64,000 bases of DNA from Octopus sinensis (GCF_006345805.1 NC_043005.1:7750001-7814000), one strand, 5' to 3'; counted from the first letter of the stretch, positions 40,699 to 53,972 are shown. Notes: generated by a model not told the origin, from the letters alone. Numbers and translations: made by a program.

Positions 40699-40976
40699 TA
40701 TATATTATTCAGCCAGAGCTTTTCAGTCAGCGCTATTAGACGACTTTAGCGGCTTTTAGGTTGTTTCTGATAACTCTTCTGCAAGCTCCCTAAACGGCAA
40801 GACTCTCGTACGCCTAACTTAGTGAACGACCAGCAAATCCTTAACTGCCAACTTCCACTGGCAAACACTTTGTTCGTCACTCTTGTTGCAAAGTCCTCAG
40901 CTAACTCTTAGTAGTTGGTTTTCTTCCTCTCTTGAGCTTCGTCCAGGTACTCTGTATCAAGAATCTCAACCAACGC

Positions 40977-41040
<64 letters not shown>

Positions 41041-41229
41041 CATACACACACATGCACACACACATGAATGCATACAGACACACGCACACGCGCGCACACA
41101 CACACACAGACACTAATGTTTTTATGTCGAGTTATAAGAAAAACTTTACATTAAACTGCCGGATTACTTATTTATTATTTGTACTCTACAGAAGCAAAAA
41201 ATAAAGAAGAAATCGATCGCCGTTAACTC

Positions 41230-41626
41230 TACTCTTTTACTCTTTTACTTGTTTCAGTCATTTGACTGCGGCCATGCTGCAGCACCGCCTTTAGTCGAGC
41301 AAATCGACCCCGTAACTTATTCTTTGTAAGCCCAGTACTTATTCTATCGATCTCTTTTGCCGAACCGCTAAGTTAAGGGGACGTAAACACACCAGCATCG
41401 GTTGTCAGGCAATGCTAGGGGGACAAACACAGACACACATACATATATATATATACATATATACGACAGGCTTCTTTCAGTTTCCGTCTACCAAATCCAC
41501 TCACAAGGCATTGGTCAGCCCGGGGCTATAGCAGAGGACACTTGCCCATGATGCCACGCAGTGGGACTGAACCCGGAACCATGTGGTTGGTTAGCAAGCT
41601 ACTTACCACACAGCCACTCCTGCACC
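41230..41626 (-). mobile_element. SINE family C, full length
   Basis: Family consensus with (AGTAAAAG)n tail. Confidence 0.92.
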
Positions 41627-42085
41627 TATTTAGTTTTTGTTCACAAATGACTTATAATAATTTTAAAATCTCAAGTTATGCCGTTCTGAAGATTCCAAAA
41701 CAAGATGAAATGATGTTATACACGGCTACATGCAATAAGATGTATGCTCTACTCACTCTTTTCACACTGAAAACAAAATTCCCCAGAAGGGAAGAAAAAG
41801 GGTATGCTTAGAAGCGATTATCTCCCCTTGAGTAGCAACCCGCTTTCTTTCTCTGCTCCTGCTACGGCGTATACAGCTTCTTGTAAGACCACGTCGTATA
41901 TTTATTATACTTTTACAAGAATAGTGGTGACTGTGGCTCCAAGTTTTGACCTGCCAGCCCCCCTTATTGGACTGCGATGCATTTAAGTTCATCTTGATTT
42001 TATACAAGAGTAGCTTAACATATCCCGAAAAAAAAACAAGCAAACCTATCAAGGACTATATAAAATAGATGAACTCAAATGCAAC

Positions 42086-42129
42086 ACAGTCTGACGAAGG
42101 CTAGCAGACCGAAAATTCGAAGTTACTGT
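42086..42129 (+). ncRNA. Penelope-type minimal type I hammerhead motif
   Basis: ACAGT-CTGACGA-A-GGCTAGCAGACC-GAAA-ATTCGAAG-TT-ACTGT; helix I ACAGT/ACTGT perfect, near-palindromic helix III. Confidence 0.65.
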
Positions 42130-42144
42130 CACCAATATTCCTGC

Positions 42145-42222
<78 letters not shown>

Positions 42223-42229
42223 ATATAAT

Positions 42230-42785
42230 ATAAATACAAAAATGAGACAAGAACACAAAAAAAATCCACACAGCTAGGTGATAAAGAAAAGGGACAACAA
42301 AATATCCAGACAGACGATACAAAGAAAACAAGAACGGGTTTCTTTCTTTAGTCTAGTTCCAGATTATCTTCGCAATTTCGGCTGGTTATACTCGAGATCG
42401 CTCCAATGTGGTCAGTACCAAGGAAAAACTAAGCTGAGCAGTAGATTCTTTGGAAGAAGGCAGCGAATGTATACGAAAACAAGGACGAAAAAAAACGGAG
42501 AAATGTTACACAAATACAAATGCAAATAACAGGGCATAACAACAGGTGTCTTTCGACCAAGGACGAGTTAAATTAAACTGGCGTGTATAGAAGTAAAGGC
42601 TTACGACAGGGGAATAAGATTTGACATGCACAGGGAGGAATATAGATGTTGCACGGATGGTAGTCGAACCAAGAAAAAAGGTCAGGCTTGGCCGAACACC
42701 GGTCACGTAGGGAGAGAAGAGAAAGAGGTAGAGACAGGGGGATAGAAGAATTAAGGAGGTGCGAAGAAACTTGAAAGGGACAGAG
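42230..42785 (-). repeat. Unclassified interspersed repeat, homologous to 5968-6320
   Basis: Shared blocks as listed for 5968-6320; this copy extends further 3'. Confidence 0.7.
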
Positions 42786-43076
42786 TGAAGTGAAAGAGGA
42801 GGGAAAGTGAGCATGAAGAGAAGGCCAGGAAATGTGAGAGAGGGGAAACGAAAGAACGAAGAGTGGAATGAATGAGATAAGTGTGAAGGGACTGATAGAA
42901 AGAAGAAAAGAATGAAAGAATAGAAGGAATAATACAGTCGTATAAAGGATATTTACAAGCGCTTTCCTCGGATGTTTGCAACTTCCTCCCATTCTCCTGC
43001 TCCCTCTCATCATAAAATGCTGAGCAACAATAGGAACAACCATTCCAATAACGTCAACGAAAATAACAGCCGAAAC

Positions 43077-43126
<50 letters not shown>

Positions 43127-43230
43127 CATACGCATGTGTGTGTGCTTGAATGTGTATATGACCATGTGCATTTTCGAGTCTACTTCAATGCATTAAGTTA
43201 TATTTTTTCTGCCTGTTCCACGGAATTGAC

Positions 43231-43279
<49 letters not shown>

Positions 43280-44097
43280 TATGAAAGAAAGAGATTGGAA
43301 TTCACGAGACTCTTTATTATTCACTACGATAGTTTCGATCCATCGCGCACCGATTGTTCGAAACGATCGTAGTAAATAGAAAAGAGTTTCGTGAATTCCA
43401 TTTTTCTTTCTTTCATATTTTTATGAACTCTACAGACACGAATGAATTCGTGAGGTAAATTGAGTGGCATATATCTCATTGTACCTGACTACTGCATGCA
43501 ATTTCTTTTCTTTTATCCATTCATACATTTCTTCTATATTATATCTCTTTTCCTTCCTACAACATTAAACTACCTATATTTTCTATTCCTCTTTTTCCTT
43601 TTTACACACACACACACACACACAAACACCACCCACACGCACACATACATCTACTCAATGATATGCTCATTCATTCAATCAATTACCCACCCTGCCTCTG
43701 TATGGAACTATTGCCGCTCTTCTTCCTTTTCTGTTTCCTGTCTCCTCAGAACATCGCTTTTTCCCCCTCTTAAATGGATATTTACAAGTGCTTTCTTAGG
43801 ATTTTTCTCGGATCTTCCTCCCTCTCTTCTACTTCACTTCATCATAAAATGTTGAGCAACAACAACTATTGCAACAATAGCAAAAACCATTCGAATAACG
43901 TTAACGAAAATAACAGCCAAAACAACAACAACAATAACAACAACAATAGCCTACTTAGAATATGCAGTAGCAGCAGCAGCAGCAACAGCAGCAGCAACAC
44001 CACCAATAATGACGATATCACGCGCCACTAACTGTACTGCACAAGAAGTGCTCAATATATCTTAAATGTACGAAGTACATTCTTTCCTGAGTTATAC

Positions 44098-44517
44098 AGG
44101 AGTGGCTGTGTAGTAAGTAGCTTGCTAACCAACCACATGGTTCCGGGTTCAGTCCCACTGCGTGGCATCTTGGGCAAGTGTCTTCTGCTATAGCCCTGGG
44201 CCGACCAATGCCTTGTGAGTGGATTTGGTAGACGGAAACTGAAAGAAGTCCGTCGTATATATGTATATATATATATATATATATGTGTGTGTATGTGTGT
44301 GTGTGTTTGTGTGTCTGTGTTTGTCCCCCTAGCATTGATTGATGCTGGTGTGTTTACGTCCCCGTCACTTAGCGGTTCGGCAATAGAGACCGATAGAATA
44401 AGTACTGGGCTGACAAAGAATAAGTCCCGGGGTCGATTTGCTCGACTAAAGGCGGTGCTCCAGCATGGCCACAGTCAAATGACTGAAACAAGTAAAAGAA
44501 TAAAAGAGTAAAAGAGT
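44098..44517 (+). mobile_element. SINE family C, full length
   Basis: 9-bp TSD GAGTTATAC at 44089-44097 and 44514-44522. Confidence 0.93.
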
Positions 44518-44864
44518 TATACCACACATTCCATAGTCTTCTTTTCCCGAGATGAAAAAAAAATCAAAGGATAAAAGATAACCAAACTTTTCACTTAGTT
44601 CTGCTATTCTCTTCAGACGGTATCTCCTAACATGCGTCAAACGTTAATCAATAACTTTCTCATATCATTCAGACAAGGAAATGTACTGAAATATGCTCTT
44701 TATTCAATGATGTGGTTTCAGTGAATCTCAATTCTTAAGCGATTCCCTTGACATCGTGAAAATACCATCTTCATTTTTCTATGTAACCAAACAGAATGAA
44801 AAAGAATTTTTTGCTTTAGAGTTTTGGTAATCACTTGGGTAAAATGTAACCATGTTATCGATAA

Positions 44865-45436
<572 letters not shown>

Positions 45437-45786
45437 CCTTTCACTGTCTCTCTTCCCCTTTGTTCTTCTGTCTCTAGTTCTGGTATTGATTATCTGATCA
45501 TTTAATCTTGATATATTTTTCAGCAGTTTAAATTCATAAAAATGTCTTACTATTGCATCTTCCTCTTCTAGTGTTGTATTAGCTTGATAGTTCGTATTTT
45601 GTCACTGTTGTTTCAACTTTGCAACGTTGCATTGCAACAGGCTATTGATCCCGTATCTCGAGCCAACGAAGGGGTTTCAAAGTTGTAGACCAACCTGATC
45701 AGGACGGCAACAAAATCTCCTGAAATCCTAACCAACCACTTAGTAAAAGGAGGGTGCACATTTGATAATATATATGCCCAGATTAT

Positions 45787-45990
45787 TAGGCGGCGAGCTG
45801 GCAGAACCTTTAGCACGCCGGGCAAGATGCTTAGCGGCATATATTCCATCTATACGTTTTTAGTTCAAATTCCACCAAGGTTGACTTTGTCTTTCATCCT
45901 TTCAGGGTCAATAAAATAAGTTCCAGTTGATATAACCGACTTATCCCCCTTCCCCGTAATTACTGGTTTTGTGCCAAAAATTTGATATCA
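45787..45990 (+). mobile_element. Diverged SINE family D with alternative tail
   Basis: TAGGCGGCGAGCTGGCAG...GACTTTGTCTTTCATCCTTTCAGGGTC. Confidence 0.75.
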
Positions 45991-46239
45991 ATATATGCTC
46001 AGATGAAAAAATAAATAAAATAACAACTGCAACAAATCATCTTTTTAAATGTAGAAATATTGTGAAATTGATGCAATGCAAGCTTAAAGCACCGAGAAGT
46101 CAACAAGAAACCATAACAATTCTAGCTCGGGTTCACTTTTTAATGAAATTCTCTGTTTACATTTGACGGATATTTCTCCTCATCTTGTTTATTGTTCATA
46201 ACAGTTCTGAATTTTATGAAATTCTCTATCATATCTGTG

Positions 46240-46564
<325 letters not shown>

Positions 46565-47469
46565 TTATGTATGTATGTATGTATGTATGTATGTATGTAT
46601 GTACGTATGTATGTATGTATGTATGTATGTATGTGATAACTGGAATGCCTCATTCCAGTGATTTAGAAATGATAACCATTTTCTGCTTCTTCAATTTCAT
46701 ATCATCACTACAATCAACCGAAAACAGGAAAAGTTAATATTCCACCACACATTGACATTAAAACGCTTTACCCTTGCTACACGTTTGTGCATTATTTTTT
46801 CCACCATATTCATTATTCTTTTCGTTTGAAATTCTGGTCTGTAGTTTTATCACGAAACTAAATGCGTTTGCATTTTTCATACAAGAGCTGACGTAGACTC
46901 CCCAAGAGGAAGGAAATACAACACCTAGTAATATTTCACGGTTATCGTATCCAACTATTAGCTTCATCCATCATAATATCCTGTTGGTATTGTTGGCTGA
47001 CTTCCATTTTTTGATATTCAGTAACTAAACAGAGTTTACTATTCATTTTCCTCCACGTAATTCTAATCAAGAGAAATTTAATTATAATAGTCATCTTACT
47101 CAGAACATATTTCTGAGTCAATCATGTTCGTTACTAACTTCAGACAATGTTCTAGAGATAAAAATATACTGCCAATTGAATTTATCGCAAGTTATAACTT
47201 GTTAAATTTAATCACTTGCGGAAAGACGAACGACAAAGGTGAAGTCTTTGCAGTAGATTTGAACGAAGAAACGTGAAAAATCATGAAAAGGATCTAGTTA
47301 AGCAATTTACATTTTGTGCCAGTTTTCCAAAATGATATACTCCCAGTCTCTCTCTCTCTCTCTCAGACAGAATTAGAAGCACATTGTGACCAGCGATGTG
47401 TAACAACATTTGATGGTCTAGTCGATACTGTGATACTGTAACAGACAGACACACACATACATACGTGTG

Positions 47470-47674
47470 TGTATGTGTGAGTGTGTGTGCGTGTGTATGT
47501 GTGCTAGAGTGTGTATGCTTATTCCCCACAACCGCTTGACAATTGGTGTTGGTGTGTTTACGTCCCCGTAACTTAGCAGTTCGGCAAGTGGATGCAATAG
47601 AATAAGTGCCAGTTCTTCAAGACGGTGTCACAACATGGCTGCAATCTAATCACTGAAACAAGTAAAAGATAAAA
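47470..47674 (+). mobile_element. Diverged SINE family C 3' half
   Basis: GGTGTGTTTACGTCCCCGTAACTTAGCAGTTCGGC...CTGAAACAAGTAAAAGAT. Confidence 0.7.
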
Positions 47675-47718
47675 ATATAATATATATATTACAGTTCAGT
47701 ATTTGTTTGTTGTTTGTC

Positions 47719-48455
47719 GGGGGGAATTTCGAACCTGTGTTCTCATTCCTAAGGTATTTTTCCTATGCTATTATTCAAGAAACTGCCTGGAATCGAACTT
47801 GGAATCTTGAAGTTAGTAGCCCGCAGTCTTAACCACCACGCCATATACCCGTGGGCAATCATGGAGTGAATTTTAGGGCTTATAAATCCCATATTTTCCC
47901 ACTCTTCTTTAATACCGGTTCCCAAACGCTACTCATATCAGCACTATATTTACTTAGGAGGTTAATATGTCCTAGCATATGTGCTACCTCTTTTAGTTTT
48001 CGTATTTTCCAGTTGTGTTCTCTATCTGTTATTTTAACTTCATCCCACAAGGGGAAGTGGTCTCCGTTTTTCCATACATGATCAGCTATACCCGATTTAT
48101 CAATATCGCCTCGCGTCACAGCTTTGCGATGTTCCTCTACCTTTATTATGAGAGGGCAGCATGTTTCACCCTTGTATAACCTACCACAGCTGCATGGGAT
48201 AGAGTACACGCAGTTTTTGGTCATATTCTCTTCTTCTACTGGTGGTTTTACTCGAAGGAGTTATTTGCGAAGTGTTGCATACAGTCCTGATGTCATATGG
48301 GCCGCATATCCTTTGTATCTTTTCGGAGAGGCCTTTCACATAGGGTAGACAGACTGTGGTCAGTTTATGGGTTTCATCCTCTCTTCTCTTCATAATTGGA
48401 GGGGATAGTATGTTTTTGGGGTAGTTGGTGCTTAATAGATTGTTACTTAACTTGA
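47719..48455 (-). mobile_element. Penelope-like element, inverted partial copy (GIY-YIG end plus terminal repeat)
   Basis: Minus ORF NCVYSIPCSCGRLYKGET...IADHVW...KLKEVAHM; homologous to 49517-50190. Confidence 0.9.
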
Positions 48456-50190
48456 GACAGGTGCTAGAAAAAGCGAAACTTCTCAAGCCAAACATCACTA
48501 AGGAAGAAAAGTTCGCTATCAAAACACTACAGAGTGACAATTCCATCATAATTCTTCCAGCGGACAAGATAAATGCTACAGTGGTGATGAACAAGTCTGA
48601 CTACTCAGAAAAATTACCAAGTCTCATAAGTGATTGTAGCTACGGAAAAGTAAAGAAAAACCCAACTCTGGAAGCAGAGAGTAAGATGTCACAGATCTTG
48701 ATCAAGAACAATACAGACATGAAATACAGACAACTGACTCAACGCTACAGTAAGCTACCACACATGTACGGTCTCCCTAAGATTCACTAGGTATTCCATT
48801 AAGACTATAGTGAGCTGTAGAGGTGCAGCATGTCATCCACTGAACCGTTTCCTTGTGGATATAATCAGTCCATAGCAGGAAAGGCAACATCATACGTGAA
48901 GAATTCCATCCACTTCACAGAATTGACCAAGGACACACCCATTGGATCAAACCAGATAGTGAGTCTAAATGTGATAAGTCTGTTCACCAAGGTCCCAACT
49001 GATGAAGCACTATCAGTAATTCAAGAAAAACTGATGACAGACCCCCATCTAAAAGAACGCACTAGTTATACCAATAGGACACTTGGTGAAAATGTTGACC
49101 TTCTGTGTAGAAACTACCTACTTCAGAATGGACATTGATATATATCGACAAAAAGAGGGTTTAGCTATGGGCTCACCATTATCACCGATAGTAGCTCACC
49201 ATTATCACCGATAGTAGCCACCAGGAAGATGTCCAAGTACTGTTAGATCATGTGAACTCAATAAAGCCATCCATACTGTTCACAATGGAAAAAGAAAAAG
49301 ACAATCATTCACAACGGAAAAGGGAAAGGTAATCAGCTAGTATTCCTGGATGTATTAATAACATGCACCAAGTATAGATCCAGGACATTCGTATACCGAA
49401 ACCTAACCTTCACTGGACGATACCTCAACTTCAGTTCCCACCATCCATACAGAATAAAGAGAGGGATTGCCCAGTGCCTAAAACATCGAGCAAATAATAC
49501 ACCACGTAGAAATGATCAAGCTTAGTAACAATCTATTAAGCAACAACTACTTCCAAAACATACTATTCTCTCCAATTATGAAGAGAAGAAAGAAGAAAGT
49601 TCATAAACTGACCATAGTCTATGCGAAAGGCCTCTCCAAAAAGATACAAAAGATATGCAGCCCATATGACACCAGAACTGTATTCCAGAGTAATACAACA
49701 CTTCGCAAATATCCCCTTCGAGTAAAACCACCAATAGAAGAGAATATGATCCAAAACTGCGTGTACTCTATCCCATGAAGCTATGGTAGGTTATACAAGG
49801 ACGAAACATACCGCCTCCTTAAAATAAGGATAGAGGAATATCGCAAAGCTGTGACACTAGGAGATATTGATAAATCGGGTATAGCTGATCATGTATGGAA
49901 AAACGGAGACCACCTCCCCCTGTGGGATGAATTTTAAATAATAGACAGAAAACATCACTAGAAAATACGAAAACTAAAAGAGGCAGCACATATGCTAGGA
50001 CGTAATAACATCCTAAGTAGTCCTAGTGCAGATATGAGTAGCATATGCGAACCGATATTAAGGAAGGATAGGGAAATATTAGATTTATAAACCCTGAAAT
50101 TCACTCTATGATTGCCCACGGGCATAAGGCGTGGTGGTTAAGATTCCGAGTTCGATTCTAGGCAGTGACCTGAATAATAATAATAATAAT
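48456..50190 (+). mobile_element. Penelope-like element (RT plus GIY-YIG), pseudogenised
   Basis: NITKEEKFAIKTLQSDNSIIILPADKINATVVM, MYGLPKIH, SLFTKVP, GLAMGSPLSPIV, FLDVLI, GRYLNFSSHHP, NCVYSIP; YxDD segment deleted at a 23-bp tandem duplication near 49170-49215. Confidence 0.92.
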
Positions 50191-50191
50191 A

Positions 50192-50561
50192 AAAGCAGAA
50201 ACAGAGGGATTTTTAATTGCAGCACAAGACCAAAGCCTCCCCACCAGAAATCACCAAAAACATGTAATGAAAAGAAATATTACAAGTAACTGCAGAATAT
50301 GTGGAAATGGACAAGAAAGCAGAAACAGAGGGATTTTTAATTGCAGCACAAGACCAAAGCCTCCCCACCAGAAATTACCAAAAACATGTAATGAAAAGAA
50401 ATATTACAAGTAACTGCAGAATATGTGGAAATGGACAAGAAAGCAGAAACAGAGGGATTTTTAATTGCAGCACAAGACCAAGCCTCCCCCACCAAAATTA
50501 CCAAAAACATGTAATGAAAAGAAATATACAAGTAACTGCAGAATATGTGGAGATGGACAAG
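50192..50561 (+). repeat. Three tandem copies of a 124-bp unit at the LINE 5' junction
   Basis: Units start at 50192, 50316, 50440; only the third continues into the element body. Confidence 0.95.
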
Positions 50562-51168
50562 AAACAATAAATCATATTATCTCTAGCTGCCCAGTCTTGG
50601 CTAAGAAGGAATATATTCACAGACATGACAGAGTTGGAACCTACATACATTGGAAGCTATGCCAACATTATGGAATAACACAGAAAAAAAGATGGTATAG
50701 GCACACACCAAAAAGGTCACAGAAAACGAGAAAGCAACCATAATTAAGGCCAACAAACCAGATATAGTTGTCAGAGACCATGAAGAAAAAAATGCTTTCT
50801 AATTGATGTATCAATACCGGCTGATGACAACGTGTCTCTAAAAGAAATGGAGAAACTCTCAAAATACAAAGACCTGGAAATAGAGGTAACTAGAATGTGG
50901 AATCTGAAAACAGAAACAATTCCTATCATAGTAGGTGCATTAGGCATGATAAAAAAATATTCAGACAAATACATAACAAAAACACCAGGACTTACAAACA
51001 CATATAACATACAGAAAATTGCACTACTAGGCACTGCACACATCCTACGCAGAACACTTTCCATACAATAACCATCAGAGCATCAGAACAAATCACAGCA
51101 CATACCCAAGGCACACAGAGCTGCGCTCGGTAGTGAAGTGAAAGCACGCTATAAAAATAAAACTACTG
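50192..51168 (+). mobile_element. R4/Dong-like (restriction-like endonuclease) LINE, 5'-truncated, in (AAT)n
   Basis: KAETEGFLIAAQDQSLPTRNY, CRICG...HIISSC, RHD, PDIV...LIDV, KYKDLEIEV, IIVGALG; (AAT)n on both sides. Confidence 0.9.
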
Positions 51169-51195
51169 AATAATAATAATAATAATAATAATAAT

Positions 51196-53331
51196 TGATG
51201 CCACCATAGAAACCATCAAGCAAAAGGTATCTGCTAAAGCTGCCCGCATAGCGAGGTATGAAAAGCGTGTTAGATTCTTCAGGGACAACAACATGTTCAA
51301 AAATAGCCCCAAAAATTTTTACAGGAAGATAGGAAAAACAACAGTTACTGTAAAGTCTGTACCATCAAAAGAAGAAGTGCAGGGATTTTGGAATAAAATT
51401 TGGGCAGAAGAAAAAACACACAGCGAAAAGGCCCCCTGGATTGATAGAATATCTGAAGAACTGGACTCCTAGAAGAGCAAAAGTGGGAGGGTGTCAAGGT
51501 AGAAGATATAAGATCTGCTCTCAGGAGGTCAAGCAATGGAAGTCTCCAGGAAAGGATAAAATCCCTAACTTTTGGTTGAATGCCTTCCCAGAGAGCCATG
51601 AACTGCTAACAGAACTTTACAATGATGTTTTGGAACACCCTAGTAGGATGCCTCCTTGGCTAGTTAATGGGTTAACATTCCTGCTTCCAAAAAGTGAAGA
51701 AACAAATGAACCAAAAAACTATAGACCCATAACCTGCTTAACAACTATGTATAAAACACTAACATCTGTCCTGACGGAATATACCTATAATTTTTTGACA
51801 GACAGCAGCATATTCCCTAATGAACAGAAAGGATGTAAACGTGGATCCTACGGTTGTAAAGATCAACTACTCATCAATAAGATGATCTTAGAAGATTGTC
51901 ACAAACGACACAAAAACTTATCAATAGCCTGGATAGACTATAAAAAGGCTTTTGATAGCCTACCACATAGCTGGATTAAGAAATGCCTAGAAATGTATAA
52001 GATAGCACCTGCTCTGCGAAACTTTTTGTCTGTAAGTATGAGATCATGGAGAACCGCACTAACTTTGAACAGTGACAATGAATCTCTAAATGCTGGTGAT
52101 GTAAAAATTTCATGTGGCATTTTCCAGGGTGACTCACTGTCACCACTCCTCTTCTGTTTAGCCTTAATACCTCTCTCAAAACTGCTCAATGACACGCAGT
52201 ACGGATATAAAATGTTTGATAAAAATATAAATCATCTCATTTACATGGATGATTTAAAGCTCTTTGCAAAAAATGACCAACAACTCAAGGGCTTACTAGC
52301 GATTGTCAAACAATTCAGTGATGACATCAGAATGCAATTTGGCCTCGATAAGTGTGCAAAAGCTACCTTTATCAAAGGAAAAATGACAGAAACATCTAAC
52401 GTTAACCTTGACCAGAAGAATGTCATAAAAGAATTAGACCCAGTTTAAAATCTGAAACAGAGGGGTTTATCATAGCAGCTCAAGATCAATGCCTACCAAC
52501 AAGAAACTACCAGGCCAACATATTAAAGATCAGAAGCAGTCCAACGTGTCGTGTATGCCAGAAACAAAATGAAACCATTGACCATGTGGTCTCCAAGTGC
52601 AGTCTTCTAGCGCCTACAGAGTATCTCAACAGACACGATAGAGCTGCACAATATATTCACTGAGTAATCTGCAAAAACCTGGATTTGCTCCATGAAAAAA
52701 ACTGGTGGGAACACAAACCACCCCCAGTGCTTGAAAATGACCACATCTCACTCCTCTGGAACTTCACCATTCAAACTGACAGAAAGATAGATGCAAATAG
52801 GCCAGACATCATATTGAAAGACTTCAAACAAAGAACATGCCTCCTCATTGATATGACTGTCCCAATCGATATAAACGTATCTGTCAAGACCTACCAAAAA
52901 CTGAGCAAATATAAAGATCTTGAAATAGAAATCAGCAAAATGTGGAAGCTGAAGACTAAAACAATACCTGTTGTCATAGGTGCCCTGGGAATGATAGCAA
53001 AAAGGGCTGATAGCTACCTAACTCAGATACCAGGGAACCCAAAAATGGCAGAAATTCAAAAGATAGTGCTCATGGGAACTGCTCATATCCTACGCAAAAT
53101 ACTTTCTATGTAATCTCAAGGTTTAAAACAAACATAATTTCCGGTTTTAAAAAGAAAAAAAAAATGTTTTTTTTTTAGACATTCATTAGTACAATACCAA
53201 AAACTCCCCCCCCCCAATATATGGCACACTAGGCATAACAACAACATGAACTTCCAACCTGTTGTCTCTTGAGGTCTCTGGGTGAGACTTGAAGCCAACT
53301 TGTACAAATATAAAGCAAAAGTCAAACATAG
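51196..53331 (+). mobile_element. Second R4/Dong-like LINE subfamily, 5'-truncated, internally deleted
   Basis: RT motifs NYRPITCL, AWIDYKKAFDS, GIFQGDSLSP, LIYMDDLKL in 51441-52448; REL domain RPDII...LIDMTVP...KYKDL in 52685-53113; (AAT)n tail. Confidence 0.93.
51441..52448 (+). pseudogene. Reverse transcriptase domain of R4/Dong-like LINE
   Basis: 335-aa ORF with RT motifs through YMDD; ends abruptly at ELDPV before the expected YLG motif. Confidence 0.9.
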
Positions 53332-53350
53332 AATAATAATAATAATAATA

Positions 53351-53390
<40 letters not shown>

Positions 53391-53392
53391 TA

Positions 53393-53545
53393 TAACAACA
53401 TCAGGAAAATACCTTAGGAATGAGAACCCAGGTTTGAAATTCCCCCAGGACACCTGATGAAGGCTGGAGAGTACATTGGCCGAAACGTTGTGTTAACAAG
53501 AAACAAGATGAGGACAAATATCCGTCAAATGTAAATAATGAAATA
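53393..53545 (+). mobile_element. Right part of Penelope terminal repeat, displaced by LINE insertions
   Basis: GGAAAATACCTTAGGAATGAGAACCCAGGTTTGAAATTCCCC matches the sequence following the short AAT tract in the inverted copy 47719-47780. Confidence 0.85.
53449..53494 (+). ncRNA. Penelope-type minimal type I hammerhead motif
   Basis: GACAC-CTGATGA-A-GGCTGG-AGAGTACA-TTGGCC-GAAA-CG-TT-GTGTT; helix I GACAC/GTGTT, palindromic ACGT helix III. Confidence 0.7.
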
Positions 53546-53894
53546 TATAGAAGAAATAAAAGAAGGCAAATGCACACACTTTACATAGTTTTAATATAAT
53601 TTTTAATATCTCCCCTGTTTAAAATAATAACCAATGACTTCCCCTTAGATTTTTCTACTTGTTGAATCGTTCATTCATAAACTTCACACACAATATGGAT
53701 TAAAAAGTCGTTTTAAGAATATATGTATTTAAATAAATTTTAATACCATGATTAGCGAAAACGAAACCGGTCGACAAACACAATATAGGATATATCAAAG
53801 ATTATATTAAATCTATGTAAAGTGTCTGTATTTTCCTTCTTTAATTTCTTATATATATATTACAACTTATCACGTGGGGATAATCGAATTCCTC

Positions 53895-53902
53895 CCTTTC
53901 TG

Positions 53903-53972
<70 letters not shown>

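Noticed and set aside
44585-44625. Minus CTGAAGA...GAAA with GATACC/GGTATC flanks
   Set aside because: Helix II does not pair and register is off; cannot support a ribozyme.
51441-53113. Autonomous active LINE or bacterial-type RT system (retron, DGR, group II intron)
   Set aside because: Motifs and REL domain are those of eukaryotic R4-clade LINEs; copy is 5'-truncated, frameshifted and internally deleted.
53740-53775. GAAACCGGTC palindromic helix-III-like motif
   Set aside because: Upstream core is CATGATTA rather than CTGANGA and helix II is incomplete.
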